Notes: generated by a model not told the origin, from the sequence alone. Counted from the first letter of the whole stretch, positions 10,930-21,425 are shown. The stretch: DNA of 63,977 bases, filler included, from an uncultured bacterium (GCA_964372275.1; 7 parts of 7 records of this genome joined end to end with filler, not necessarily neighbours in it), one strand, 5' to 3'. Numbers and translations: made by a program.

Positions 10930-13497
10930 TTATCGAAGAGTCAGATGCCTCCACACAACCGCGCTATCGGCAGCCCCCGCCTGGACCTGAAACTCGTAGT
11001 TCTTGCTGATGTCGAGCGCGCCGACCGCGACTTCCGAGAGGACCGGGTTGTCGGCTTCGTTCGCGTTGCAGGTGATCGTCACGACCGTGGTCGCGTCGGT
11101 GACGTTTCGGAGGCGGATCGTGCCCGACGTTCCGCCTTCGGCGCCACAGGCGACGAGGAGGTCGAACGTGGGAGGGGAGGCGTCCGTCTTGAACTTGAAG
11201 AAGGGGGTGAACGAGGTGGACGTGGCGCGTCCTGCATAGGCGAGGAACGCCTTTTCCGGCGTGATCGACGAAGTCGCAATTTGCGAGCTTCCGACCGCCA
11301 GCGGGGCGATGTCGGCGGTGGCGATCGAGGTGTCGGCGATCTCGGCGCTTCCGACTGCGCCGGTGGCGATCTCGTCGGCGCCAACGGAGGCGGTGCCGAG
11401 GTCGTCGGCCGTCAAGGCGCCGTCGGAGATCTCGTCGGTGCCGACGGCGCCGGAGGCGATCTCGCTGCTGCCGACGGCGTTGGCGTCGATCTCGTCGGCC
11501 TTCACCGAGCCACTGCCGAGGTCGTCGGCGGACAGCGTGTTGTCCGCAACTTCTTCGGAGCCCACGGCACCGGTCGCGATGTGGGCGGAGCGGACCGCGT
11601 CGGCGAAGATCTTCGCCGAGGTGACCACGGCATCGCCGAGCTCCAGCGTGCCGACCGACCCGTCGAGGATCTCGCTGGCGGCGACGGAGTTGGCGGCGAG
11701 GTCGGCCGCCGTGAGCGAGTTGTCCGCGATCTCGTCGCTGGCGACGGCCCCCGCGGCGATCGTCTCGGAGATGACCGAATCGGTGCCGAGGTCGTCGGAG
11801 GAGACGGTTCCGTCGGCGATCTCGCTCGTGCCGACCGCGCCGGCGGCGATCTCGTCGGCCGCCACCGAGTCGGTTCCGAGGTCGGCGGTGGTGAGCGAGT
11901 CGAGCGCGACCTCGGCCGATCCGACCGCCCCGGTCTTGATCTCGCTGCTGTCGACCGAATCGGCGCCGAGGTCGTCGGTGGTGAGGGAGTTGTCGGCGAC
12001 CTCGCTACTTCCGACGGCAGCGGCAGCGATCTCGGCGCTGCCGACGGCGTCGGTGGCGATCTCGGCCGCTTCGACCGCGTCGGAGGCGATCTCGAGGCTT
12101 CCGACCGCGCCGGTCGCGATCTCGGTAGCGGTGATCGAGCCGACCCCCAGGTCCGCGCCGGTCAACGTGCCGTCCTGGACGTCATTGCCGGTGAGGCTGG
12201 CGTCCTGTACGTCGGCCGAGGCGATCGAGCCATCCTGCACGTCGGTTCCGGTGATCGTGGCGTTGAGGATGTCCGTGGAGGATACGGTGTTGTCCGCAAT
12301 CTCGGCGGTTCCGACGGCGCCGGTGGCGATCTCACTCGCGGTGACGGAGTCGGGGGCGAGGTCGGCGTCGGTGAGCGTGTTGTCGGCGACCTCGCTGGTT
12401 CCGACGGCCCCGGCGGCGATCTCGTCGGCCGCGACCGAGTCGGTACCGAGGTCGGCGGCGGAGAGGGAGTCGAGCGCGACCTCCGCCGACCCGACGGCCC
12501 CCGTCGCGATCTCGTCGCTTCCGACGGCGTCGGTGGCGAGCTCGCTCGAGGCGACCGAATCGGCGGCCAGGTCGTCGGAGCCGAGGGAGTTGTCGGCGAC
12601 CTCGCTCGTTCCGACGGCACTCGCGCCGATCTCGGCGCTTCCGACGGCGTCGGTTGCGATCTCGCTCGCCGTGACCGAATCGGCCGCTAGGTCGGTAGCG
12701 GTGAGGGTGTTGTCGGCGACCTCGCTGGTTCCGACGGCCCCGGCGGCGATCTCGTCGGCCGCGACCGAGTCGGTGCCGAGGTCGGCGGCGGCGACGGTAC
12801 CGTCCAGGATGTTTCCGGAGACGATGGTGCCCGTGGCGATGTCCGTACCGGTGACCGTGCCGTCGGTGATGTCGGCGCTGGCGACGGTGCCATTGGCGAT
12901 GTCGTTGCCGGTGACCGTCCCATCGGCGATGTCGGCGCTGGCCACCGTTCCGTCCGCGATGTCGGCGCTGGCCACCGTGCCATCGGCGATGTTCGCGGAG
13001 ACGACCGTCCCCGCGGCGATATCGGTGCCGGTGACGGTTCCGTCCGCGATGTTCCCCGAGCCGATCGTTCCCGTGGCGATGTCGGTACCGGTCACGGTTC
13101 CGTCCAGGATGTCGTTGGTGGTCAACGATCCGTCGGAGATGTCGGAGCCGGTGAGGGCGCCGTCGACGACGTGCGTCGCCTGCACGGAGTTCAGGGCCAG
13201 GCTATTGGACTGGACGGCGCCGGCGCTGATGTTGGCGTTGGTCACCGCCCCGGTCGCGAGGTCTTCGTTCCCGATCGCGCCGTTCTCGATCTGGACCCCG
13301 GTGATCTCCCCGTCGATCCGTTCCGCGCCGATCCGAAGGGTCGGGTGGGCGTCGGCGTCGCTGGCGTGGTCGTCGATCGCCTGCAGGATCTCCTCGTCGA
13401 CGCCGTAGTCGTCGACCTCGGCCTGCGGATCGCAGGAAGCGGAAAGGCTGGAGAAGGCGAGGAGCAGAAGCGGAACGGGTAGCTTCCGAACGCGCAT
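10930..13497 (-). CDS. Acidic decapeptide-repeat lipoprotein (putative surface fibre)
   Basis: Lipobox LSASCDP; about 700 aa of 10-residue repeats (IADGTVxxxD / IAxGAVGxxE); unique C-terminal domain of about 95 aa. Confidence 0.85.
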   Translation of the reverse strand: MRVRKLPVPLLLLAFSSLSASCDPQAEVDDYGVDEEILQAIDDHASDADAHPTLRIGAERIDGEITGVQIENGAIGNEDLATGAVTNANISAGAVQSNSLALNSVQATHVVDGALTGSDISDGSLTTNDILDGTVTGTDIATGTIGSGNIADGTVTGTDIAAGTVVSANIADGTVASADIADGTVASADIADGTVTGNDIANGTVASADITDGTVTGTDIATGTIVSGNILDGTVAAADLGTDSVAADEIAAGAVGTSEVADNTLTATDLAADSVTASEIATDAVGSAEIGASAVGTSEVADNSLGSDDLAADSVASSELATDAVGSDEIATGAVGSAEVALDSLSAADLGTDSVAADEIAAGAVGTSEVADNTLTDADLAPDSVTASEIATGAVGTAEIADNTVSSTDILNATITGTDVQDGSIASADVQDASLTGNDVQDGTLTGADLGVGSITATEIATGAVGSLEIASDAVEAAEIATDAVGSAEIAAAAVGSSEVADNSLTTDDLGADSVDSSEIKTGAVGSAEVALDSLTTADLGTDSVAADEIAAGAVGTSEIADGTVSSDDLGTDSVISETIAAGAVASDEIADNSLTAADLAANSVAASEILDGSVGTLELGDAVVTSAKIFADAVRSAHIATGAVGSEEVADNTLSADDLGSGSVKADEIDANAVGSSEIASGAVGTDEISDGALTADDLGTASVGADEIATGAVGSAEIADTSIATADIAPLAVGSSQIATSSITPEKAFLAYAGRATSTSFTPFFKFKTDASPPTFDLLVACGAEGGTSGTIRLRNVTDATTVVTITCNANEADNPVLSEVAVGALDISKNYEFQVQAGAADSAVVWRHLTLR
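11260..13300 (-). repeat. 30-bp-period coding repeat array
   Basis: GGCGAT/GGCGAC/GCCGAG recur every 30 nt in the + strand listing. Confidence 0.92.
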
Positions 13498-13573
13498 GAT
13501 GCGGATCCTCCAGCGGCCCAAGGGCAATTCTACCCCGGATAGGGGCTTCTCGGCGTCTCCCGGAATCCCTGCG

Positions 13574-15484
13574 TCAGAAGGCCGCTTCGACTCCGGCCCA
13601 GATGGCGCGCCGCGTCTCGTAGGAGCTCGTCCGGTCGGATCCGAACTCGGTGTAGAGGCGCTGCAGTCGGATGCCGCCGACCGCTCGCAGGCGCGATGTC
13701 AATGCGAAGAAGGCCGACGCATCGCCGGAAACGTCGTATCCCATGCCGCCGCCGCCGGTCTCCGCGGAGCCGACCTCCAGCCCCGCGCCGGCGATCCCAC
13801 GCAATCGGAGCTCGAGCGGCGCCAGCAGTTGGAACCGGCCGAGGACGACCACCGACGGTGTGACCCGGATCACGTTCGGCACCCCCGATCCGGAGGCGGC
13901 GTCGAAGCCGGGCTCCCCGACGTAGGAGAGTCCGGCGCCGATCCACGTCCGGCCGTACTCATCGTCGCCGTGCAGGAGTTGAACCGCCGCGTCGATCGCC
14001 GCCGAGGAGACGATCGTTTCGTCGAGAAGATAGCTGCGCATCGCGAACCCGGCCGAGCCGGCGATCGTCCATCGGCCGGTCGGGATCCAGACCTGCAGCG
14101 AACCCGTTCCGCCCATCCCGCTCGGCACCAGCGTCGCGTCGCCCGGAGCGACGTAGACGGCGACCCGCCGGTCGAGTCCGAACTGCACCTGCACGGCCCT
14201 GGACTGTGAAACCGGATGCGCCGGGGGCTTCGGTGCGTCAGGCCGGGGCGGCGGCGGTCGTCTCGACGCCAGCGCGGCCGCCTCCTCCGCCGAGAGGTCG
14301 TCCGGGTTCACCGGCACCGCCGGCTCGATGTCGCTCCAGGCGATCGGCGCCGGCGCGTCGGAGATCGGCGGAACGTCGAGGTCGGGCGCGAGGACGAGCG
14401 GCGGCGTGGCCGGTTGTTGCTCGGAGGCCGACGCCGCCGGCGGCTCGGGTGGGGGTGGCGGAGGAGGGGGCGGGGCCTTCGCCACCTTCGTTGGCGGCCG
14501 CGGCGAGCCGGATCGACCGCCGTTTCCCCCCGGGCCCCCCTTGCCGTTCGCGCCGTTTCCGCCCACCGGTTCCGCAACGCCCGCGCCGGAAGGCGCGCCG
14601 CCATTGCCGGACGAGCCGTTTCGTCCCGCGGCACCGTCCGGAGGTGCGGCGGCGACCGCGGGCGCGGCAGCGGCTCGCTCCGCGTCGAGCCGGGCCTGCG
14701 CCGCCGCGACGGCGGCCTCCCAGCCCTCGAAGCGCATCGACCTTTCGAGCTCCAGTTTCGCGGCCGTGTCGAGTCCCCTCTCCCGGGAGACGACCTTGCC
14801 GGTCTGTACCCGCGCCGCGAGGATGCGATGCGTGCGAAGCGCCAGCGCGCCGTTCGCGTTCGTCCGGAACTCGATCAACCCGTCCAGTCCGAGCAGTCGT
14901 GCCACGTTCCAAAAACCATCGCCGGGTGGATCGGCGGGCGGTGGAACGCCGGGTGCGGCCTTTTGCGCGGCCTCGGCATCGATCCGGGTGAACGGAGGGG
15001 CGGTCGGTACGAAGGTCGGATCGAGCTTTTTCGCCCGTCGAAGCGCATCCTGCGCGTCGGGCCCCATCGGCTTGCGCTCCTCCAGGTCCCGGTGATAGCG
15101 CGCCAGTCCCAACAGCCGATAGGCCTGCGCCAGTTCCACCGGGTTCCAGACTTCGCAGCCGACGGCATGGAACCCGCTTACCGCGCGCTCGAATGTAGCG
15201 ATGGCGCCGGCGTAGTCGCCCGCGGCTTCCATCGACGCGGCCTTTCCGAGGTTCTGGCGCGCGCTCGACAGGCTGGCCTTCACCTCGGGACGGGCCTCGA
15301 CCACCCGCGCAAAGTCCGAATTTCGGATCGCCTGGCCGCGGATCTCGCTCACCGCCTTGCCGACGGTGACGGTGGCCTCTTCGATCTGCGTCGGGCTGAT
15401 GCCGAGATCCCGCAGCAACACCTTCGGCGCGGCGAGGGCCGGTCCCGAGACGCAACAAAGGACGCCGAGGAGAAGCGCGCGCAT
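13574..15484 (-). CDS. Hypothetical secreted protein: helical (TPR-like) domain, Pro/Gly linker, beta-rich C-terminus
   Basis: Signal peptide; YAGAIATFERA and ALRRAKKLDPTF TPR-like segments; poly-Pro; ends WAGVEAAF. Confidence 0.7.
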   Translation of the reverse strand: MRALLLGVLCCVSGPALAAPKVLLRDLGISPTQIEEATVTVGKAVSEIRGQAIRNSDFARVVEARPEVKASLSSARQNLGKAASMEAAGDYAGAIATFERAVSGFHAVGCEVWNPVELAQAYRLLGLARYHRDLEERKPMGPDAQDALRRAKKLDPTFVPTAPPFTRIDAEAAQKAAPGVPPPADPPGDGFWNVARLLGLDGLIEFRTNANGALALRTHRILAARVQTGKVVSRERGLDTAAKLELERSMRFEGWEAAVAAAQARLDAERAAAAPAVAAAPPDGAAGRNGSSGNGGAPSGAGVAEPVGGNGANGKGGPGGNGGRSGSPRPPTKVAKAPPPPPPPPPEPPAASASEQQPATPPLVLAPDLDVPPISDAPAPIAWSDIEPAVPVNPDDLSAEEAAALASRRPPPPRPDAPKPPAHPVSQSRAVQVQFGLDRRVAVYVAPGDATLVPSGMGGTGSLQVWIPTGRWTIAGSAGFAMRSYLLDETIVSSAAIDAAVQLLHGDDEYGRTWIGAGLSYVGEPGFDAASGSGVPNVIRVTPSVVVLGRFQLLAPLELRLRGIAGAGLEVGSAETGGGGMGYDVSGDASAFFALTSRLRAVGGIRLQRLYTEFGSDRTSSYETRRAIWAGVEAAF

Positions 15485-15592
15485 CGGTGGGCGAGCCGAG
15501 AGAAGACCGAGAGATCAGGGTACTTCCGCGCGGCGCGCACGGTCAAACGACCGCCGGCTTGAACGCCGTTGCGGGGGGCCTAGTAGAGCCCC

Positions 15593-16012
15593 GTGGGGGT
15601 CGACGCAAGCGAGGAGCACGTCGAGCCGGGCGCGCGGCCGCTGCGCGACGCGGCGCGTCGCGTCACCGACGGGCTGGGCCGCCTGGTGGGCGAGCATCTC
15701 GACCTGGCCCGGGCGGAGCTGAAACACGACCTGCGGGCGGCGGCGCGTGATGCGGCGCTCGTCCTGCTCGGGTTCCCGAGCCTGGTCGTCGGGTACGCGC
15801 TGGTGATGGTCGCGGTCGCGTTGTCGCTCGGGGAGATCTTCGGGCGCGCGGAGTCGTTCCTCCTGGTCGGGCTGGCGAACGTCGCGGCGGGGCTCGTCGT
15901 CTCGATCGTCTTCGCGCGGCGCCTGGCGCGGCAGGATCGGCCCGATCTGGACCGAACCGCGCGCGCGCTCAAGGAGGATCGCCGATGGCTACGGCGGCGG
16001 ATGCGGATCTGA
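15593..16012 (+). CDS. Phage-holin-family (YqjE-like) membrane protein
   Basis: LVGEHLDLARAELK, two TM segments, LDRTARALKEDRRW. Confidence 0.78.
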   Translation: MGVDASEEHVEPGARPLRDAARRVTDGLGRLVGEHLDLARAELKHDLRAAARDAALVLLGFPSLVVGYALVMVAVALSLGEIFGRAESFLLVGLANVAAGLVVSIVFARRLARQDRPDLDRTARALKEDRRWLRRRMRI

Positions 16013-16206
16013 GCCAGCTCCAGCGCCGGCTCGAGCGGACACGAGAGGATCTGGCCGATGCCGTCGCCGACCTCCGGGACGCGGCGCAGGCGCTGGCAAC
16101 GGCGCGTCATTGGCGGCGGGCCGCGCAGCGGCGATTCGAGAGGCGCCCCGGACCGTGGATGGCGATCGCGTTCGCGGCCGGCGCGTGGCTCGGACGGCGT
16201 CTCTAG
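15985..16206 (+). CDS. Small DUF3618/YqjK-like protein
   Basis: LERTREDLADAV coiled coil and C-terminal PWMAIAFAAGAWLG; typical partner of the holin-family gene. Confidence 0.6.
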   Translation: MATAADADLSQLQRRLERTREDLADAVADLRDAAQALATARHWRRAAQRRFERRPGPWMAIAFAAGAWLGRRL

Positions 16207-17099
16207 GGGGCCGGCGAGGCCCCGAGGGAGCCCGACGGGCGGACCGCTCGGAGCACCCGGTTGTCGATCAGTCGCGTCTTGCCGACGCGGACCGCCAGGG
16301 CGAGCAGTGCCCGGTCTCCCGCGTCGTCGAGCGGCGTCAGGCGGTCGGGATCGACCAGCGCGACGTAGTCGATGGCGATCGGAACGTCCGGGCCGCTCCC
16401 CAGGATCTCTTGCGTCGCCGCGTGGACCAGGCGCGACGCGCTCCGTTCGCCGCCGTGGCGCATCGCCTCCGCCTTTGCCAGCGCGCGCGAGAGCGACACG
16501 GCCCGCGCGCGCTCGTCGGGCGACAGGTAGACGTTTCGCGACGAGAGGGCCAGGCCGTCCGGTTCGCGGACGATCGGGTGCCCGACGATCTCGACCGGCA
16601 GGTGGAGGTCGGCGGTCATCCGGCGGATCACCGCCAGCTGTTGCCAGTCCTTCTCGCCGAAGACGGCGAGGTGCGGCTGTACGCACTGGAACAGCTTCAG
16701 CACCACCGTGGCCACGCCCCGGAAGTGGCCGGGGCGTCGCTCCCCTTCGAGCGGGTCGGCGACGCCGCCGACCTCGACGTAGGTCGAGTACCCGGTCGGG
16801 TAGATCGCCTCCCGGGTCGGGACGAAGACGGCGTCGACCCCCTCCCGTTCGGCGACCCCCACGTCCCGCGCGATGTCGCGCGGGTAGCGCTCGAAGTCCT
16901 CGTTCGGTCCGAACTGCGTCGGATTGACGAAGATCGACAGCACCAGCCGATCGGCGAGCGCCCGTGCGTGCGCGAGCAGGCGCGCGTGTCCGTCGTGGAG
17001 ATAGCCCATTGTCGGGACGAAGGCGATGCGCCGCCCCTCGGCGCGCCAGGCGCGCGCGCGTGCCTGCATCTCCGCCGGATCGGCGATCGTCTCCGGCAC
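16203..17099 (-). CDS. panC: Pantoate--beta-alanine ligase
   Basis: FVPTMGYLHDGH, SIFVNPTQF, RPGHFRGV, FGEKDWQQ, GLALSSRN, RLIDN. Confidence 0.97.
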   Translation of the reverse strand: MPETIADPAEMQARARAWRAEGRRIAFVPTMGYLHDGHARLLAHARALADRLVLSIFVNPTQFGPNEDFERYPRDIARDVGVAEREGVDAVFVPTREAIYPTGYSTYVEVGGVADPLEGERRPGHFRGVATVVLKLFQCVQPHLAVFGEKDWQQLAVIRRMTADLHLPVEIVGHPIVREPDGLALSSRNVYLSPDERARAVSLSRALAKAEAMRHGGERSASRLVHAATQEILGSGPDVPIAIDYVALVDPDRLTPLDDAGDRALLALAVRVGKTRLIDNRVLRAVRPSGSLGASPAP

Positions 17100-17136
17100 T
17101 ACTCGCGTCCCTCCCGGCGCCGCGTGCGTCGCACGG

Positions 17137-17984
<848 letters not shown>

Positions 17985-17988
<4 letters not shown>

Positions 17989-18659
17989 CGTTTCCCTCTC
18001 TTCGCCGATGCCGGCGGCGTCGGGCTTCCGAGCGGCATGTAGTGGTGCACGCCGCTCCGCGTGCGGCGAATCTCCCGCAGCAGCGCCTCGCGGTCCTCGG
18101 GCCGGGTCACGAAGTCGATCTCCGAGGTGTTGACGACGAGCAGCGGCGTCTCGGCGTAATGAAAGAAGAACTGGTTGTACGCCTGCGACACCTCGTCGAG
18201 GTAGCCGCCGCGCAACCGCCGTTCCGAGGGGCGCCCGCGCTTGGTCACCCGGTCCAGCAGCACCTCCGAGCGCGCCTGCAGGTAGACGACGAGGTCGGGG
18301 CGCGGGACCTGCGTCACCAGCATCGAGTAGACGCGGTCGTAGAGGCGGAACTCCTGCTCGTCCAGGGTGAGCGCGGCGAAGATCCGGTCCTTGGCGAACA
18401 GGTAGTCGCAGACGATCCCGCGTCGGAACAGCTCCCCCTGGTTGAGCGTCGTCTGTTGCTGGTAGCGCGAGAGCAGGTAGAACAGCTGCGTCTGGAAGGC
18501 GTACTTCTTCTCGTCGGCGTAGAAGCGCTCGAGGAAGGGGTTCTCCTCGTCGGGCTCGACGACCAGCCGGCTCCCCGTCGACTCGGCGAGCAGCCGCGCG
18601 AGCGTGCTCTTCCCCGCCCCGATCGGCCCTTCGATGGCGATGTATCGCGCGTCGTCCAC
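17985..18659 (-). CDS. Deoxynucleoside kinase
   Basis: [14 protein letters not shown]-loop, [25 protein letters not shown]. Confidence 0.92.
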
Positions 18660-18705
18660 CGGCCTTTGGGACGGTATCCCACGGCGGGGCGGAGCCACAA
18701 GCGGG

Positions 18706-19809
18706 CTAGCGCCGCGCCGACGCGGCCTCGTCGAGGTGAACCGTCGAGGCCGGGATCGGGGGCGCGCCCGCGCGGTACCGCGCCAGTCGCAGGGCGAGCT
18801 CGCTCCCCAGTCGCTCCGCCGCCGCACCGTCGTGGAGCGGGGCGGCGGCGTTCTCGACCAGGACGCCGCGGCGGACGTCGACCACCATCGTCGCCAGACG
18901 GTCGTCCGCCCCGAACCGGACCGGTCCTGCGGCCACGATCAGGTCGACGTCCCATGCGACCCCGAGGTCAAGCAACGACGCGAACCGTTCGTCGACCGTC
19001 GCCCCGGCGTCGATGGCGATCGGTTCCGCCGGAAGCTCGGGCGCGGTCCGCAGCGTAACGACGCCGGTCGTGCCGGCGGCCAGATCGACGATCGCGCTCG
19101 CAGAACGGCCTCTGCCGTGCTCGGCGCGGAGCACGTGCCGCCCCACGAACAGACCGTCGAGGAGCTGGGGCGCGTCGCCGACCGGGTGGCCGTCGAGGAA
19201 CAGCGCGGCGCCCGGCGGATGAGAGCGTACCGAGAGGCTCGCGCGCGGGGCCGACGCCAACGCCGCCACCGCGTCCCGATAGGCGGCGACCGTCTTCGGC
19301 GGGTGCCGCCTACCGTCGAGCGATTCGGGGCCCCCCATCCACCGCGCCTCGCGGAACGCCGCCTCCGCCGACGGCGCGTCCCCGATGTCGATCGACGCCA
19401 CGCCGAGCTCGAGGAGCACGTCGATGCACGCGCCGTCGGTTTGCGACGCGAGACCGGTCCGGAAGGCGTCGCGCGCGGCGCGAAGCTCGCGGACGGATCG
19501 CTCGAAGTCGAGCTTCCCATACGCCTTTCGCCCCCGCTCCGCCGCCGCCCGTCCCCGCGCCAGCGCTTCGCGTTCCGCCGCCGCCCGTCCGGGTGCGCCC
19601 TCGATCTGAAACGGGGCGTTCGGCGCGCGCGAAAGTCCCGCCGCGAACGCCGAGCGACCGCGCCACGCATCGCGCGCCGGATCGCCGCTTCGCCAACCGA
19701 CGAGGGCGAGCGTCGGTCGGTCGTCCGCGGTCCCCGCCGCGCCCGCCGAGCCGGCCGCGGCCGCGCCCAGAGCGATCGCGATGAAGGTGGATAATTGTCT
19801 ACATTTCAT
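18706..19809 (-). CDS. PEGA domain-containing secreted protein
   Basis: Signal peptide; helical region; LSVRSHPPGAALFLDG..VG.AP....GL..GRH.LR PEGA pattern. Confidence 0.75.
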   Translation of the reverse strand: MKCRQLSTFIAIALGAAAAGSAGAAGTADDRPTLALVGWRSGDPARDAWRGRSAFAAGLSRAPNAPFQIEGAPGRAAAEREALARGRAAAERGRKAYGKLDFERSVRELRAARDAFRTGLASQTDGACIDVLLELGVASIDIGDAPSAEAAFREARWMGGPESLDGRRHPPKTVAAYRDAVAALASAPRASLSVRSHPPGAALFLDGHPVGDAPQLLDGLFVGRHVLRAEHGRGRSASAIVDLAAGTTGVVTLRTAPELPAEPIAIDAGATVDERFASLLDLGVAWDVDLIVAAGPVRFGADDRLATMVVDVRRGVLVENAAAPLHDGAAAERLGSELALRLARYRAGAPPIPASTVHLDEAASARR

Positions 19810-19886
19810 CACAAAATCACTTCAATATCGATTGACTGGAGCAAGACAACCCCATACGATTCAAGAGGAATTTTCAGGGGGTTCAC

Positions 19887-20093
19887 TTGCAAGCGGATTT
19901 CCGATCCAGTCCGATGTTCGGTGTCGCCATGCTCGCCGTCTCGAACGACCTGAAGGCCAAGCCGGATCGCCGGCTCCAGGAGGTCCTCGACGGGATCCTC
20001 TCCGGAATGAAGATCGACCGGAAGGCCTTCCAATCCTACCTGAAGACCCACCGCGCCAAGCTGGTCGAAAGCTGCCTCGAAAAGGGCTACTGA
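19887..20093 (+). CDS. Small hypothetical protein (68 aa)
   Basis: TTG start after GGGGG SD; strong GC3 codon bias, K/L-rich helical composition. Confidence 0.6.
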   Translation: MQADFRSSPMFGVAMLAVSNDLKAKPDRRLQEVLDGILSGMKIDRKAFQSYLKTHRAKLVESCLEKGY

Positions 20094-20103
20094 CCCCCGA
20101 GGG

Positions 20104-21015
20104 TCACTCCGAGTAGCCCATCTGGAAGCCCCACGCCTGCCCCTTCTCGTCGAGGACGAGCAGGACGTTGGAACTCCATTCCGATCCGCCACCGGAGAGG
20201 TACCACCGTTTCTGGATGCCGACGGCGTTCTTTAGCCGCTCCGCGATCGGACCGAAGGCGGGATCCTCTTCCGGTCCTTCTCCCGAGGCGGCGAAGTCGT
20301 CGACCGCGGTCAAGCCGACCGAAATGGTCGGGAGGTAACGGACACCGAGTGCCGCGCGCACTTGGGCCAGCGTCGGATTCGAGCCGACGAATACCGGTAG
20401 GTAGAAGTCGTGGTCGAGGTTCCGGCCATGTTCGTCGTAGAAGTCGTTCCAGGCGGACTCGATCGCGGAGATCTCGAGACCACGCGGATTCTTCGCGCGG
20501 GCATAGGCGTTCTCCCGCCGCACGTCTCGCCAGGCGCGGTAAAAACGGAGGTCGAACGGCGCGCGGTCGTCGTAGACGAGGCAGCGTCCGGGCGGAACGT
20601 CCCCCATCATTGCGTTCGCGAAGGCGGCCACCTTGGTCCGGATGGTGCTCGGGCGCGCGCTCTGCTGACCGAGCCACGCAAGCATCTCCCGCAGGTTTCC
20701 GGCGAGCTCGTTGTCGTGGACGGAGTTTCCGAGGTCGGTCAGCTCGTAGACGTTGCGATTCGTGATCCGTCGAATCTCCGGATGCTCGGCGAGCGCACGG
20801 TCGAGGCTCTCGTTGAACTGGAGGACGAACCGGTCGACCACCTGCGGCGGCAATGCGCAGTCGTAGGGGAGGCAGGCGTCGGCGACCGCGACGATCGAGT
20901 CGAGGTGACCGTTGCCGTCGGGCGGGCAGGCGACGTCGGCAGCGCCGCTCGGGCGAGCGAATCCGTGAGCGGCGGCGAAAAACGACGTGACGGCCAGGAA
21001 GACGAGCGGGCGCAT
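20104..21015 (-). CDS. Hypothetical secreted protein
   Basis: ATG with GGAGG SD; signal peptide; non-shadow amino-acid composition. Confidence 0.75.
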   Translation of the reverse strand: MRPLVFLAVTSFFAAAHGFARPSGAADVACPPDGNGHLDSIVAVADACLPYDCALPPQVVDRFVLQFNESLDRALAEHPEIRRITNRNVYELTDLGNSVHDNELAGNLREMLAWLGQQSARPSTIRTKVAAFANAMMGDVPPGRCLVYDDRAPFDLRFYRAWRDVRRENAYARAKNPRGLEISAIESAWNDFYDEHGRNLDHDFYLPVFVGSNPTLAQVRAALGVRYLPTISVGLTAVDDFAASGEGPEEDPAFGPIAERLKNAVGIQKRWYLSGGGSEWSSNVLLVLDEKGQAWGFQMGYSE

Positions 21016-21035
21016 CGGGGGATCCTCCGGAAGTG

Positions 21036-21135
21036 NNNNNNNNNNNNNNNNNNNNNNNNNNNNNNNNNNNNNNNNNNNNTTAATTAATTAANNNNNNNNN
21101 NNNNNNNNNNNNNNNNNNNNNNNNNNNNNNNNNNN
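21036..21135. other. Artificial contig linker
   Basis: N runs with TTAATTAATTAA. Confidence 0.99.
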
Positions 21136-21416
21136 ACGAAGGGGTGGTGGTCCACGCGCGGCGCTCGTGGAAGAAGGTGGAGCGCCCGTTTGCCCAGGCG
21201 TTCGTCCGTGCCGGCGGCCGGTTGCTGATGATCACCTACATGGCGCCGCCCGGCAGCTTCGACCGCTACGCCGCCGACGTCTCGACCGCGCTCGACCGCT
21301 TCGCGATCCTGCTGCCGCCGGATCCGCCGAGCTGGGGACTCGTCTTGCCAAACGACCTGCCGACCCGCCACGAGTCCGTCGAGGGACCGTTCCCCGTCTC
21401 CACCCCTTCGCCGTGA
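21136..21416 (+). CDS. Hypothetical protein, C-terminal fragment (PsbP/DUF1795-like fold possible)
   Basis: Open frame from contig edge; QAFV..GGRLLMITY.APP.SFDRY pattern. Confidence 0.5.
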
Positions 21417-21425
21417 GCGCGTACG

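Noticed and set aside
11260..13300. 30-bp periodicity as a possible CRISPR array
   Set aside because: Repeats are degenerate at third codon positions, have no unique spacers and lie in one ORF; no cas genes are present.
10864..13408. Long + strand ORFs (608 and 715 aa) opposite the repeat lipoprotein
   Set aside because: Antisense shadows of a repetitive GC-rich gene; the minus-strand frame has the lipobox and codon bias.
15593..16206. Holin-family gene as a prophage sign
   Set aside because: YqjE-like plus DUF3618-like pairs are common chromosomal membrane genes; no lysin or phage structural genes are nearby.
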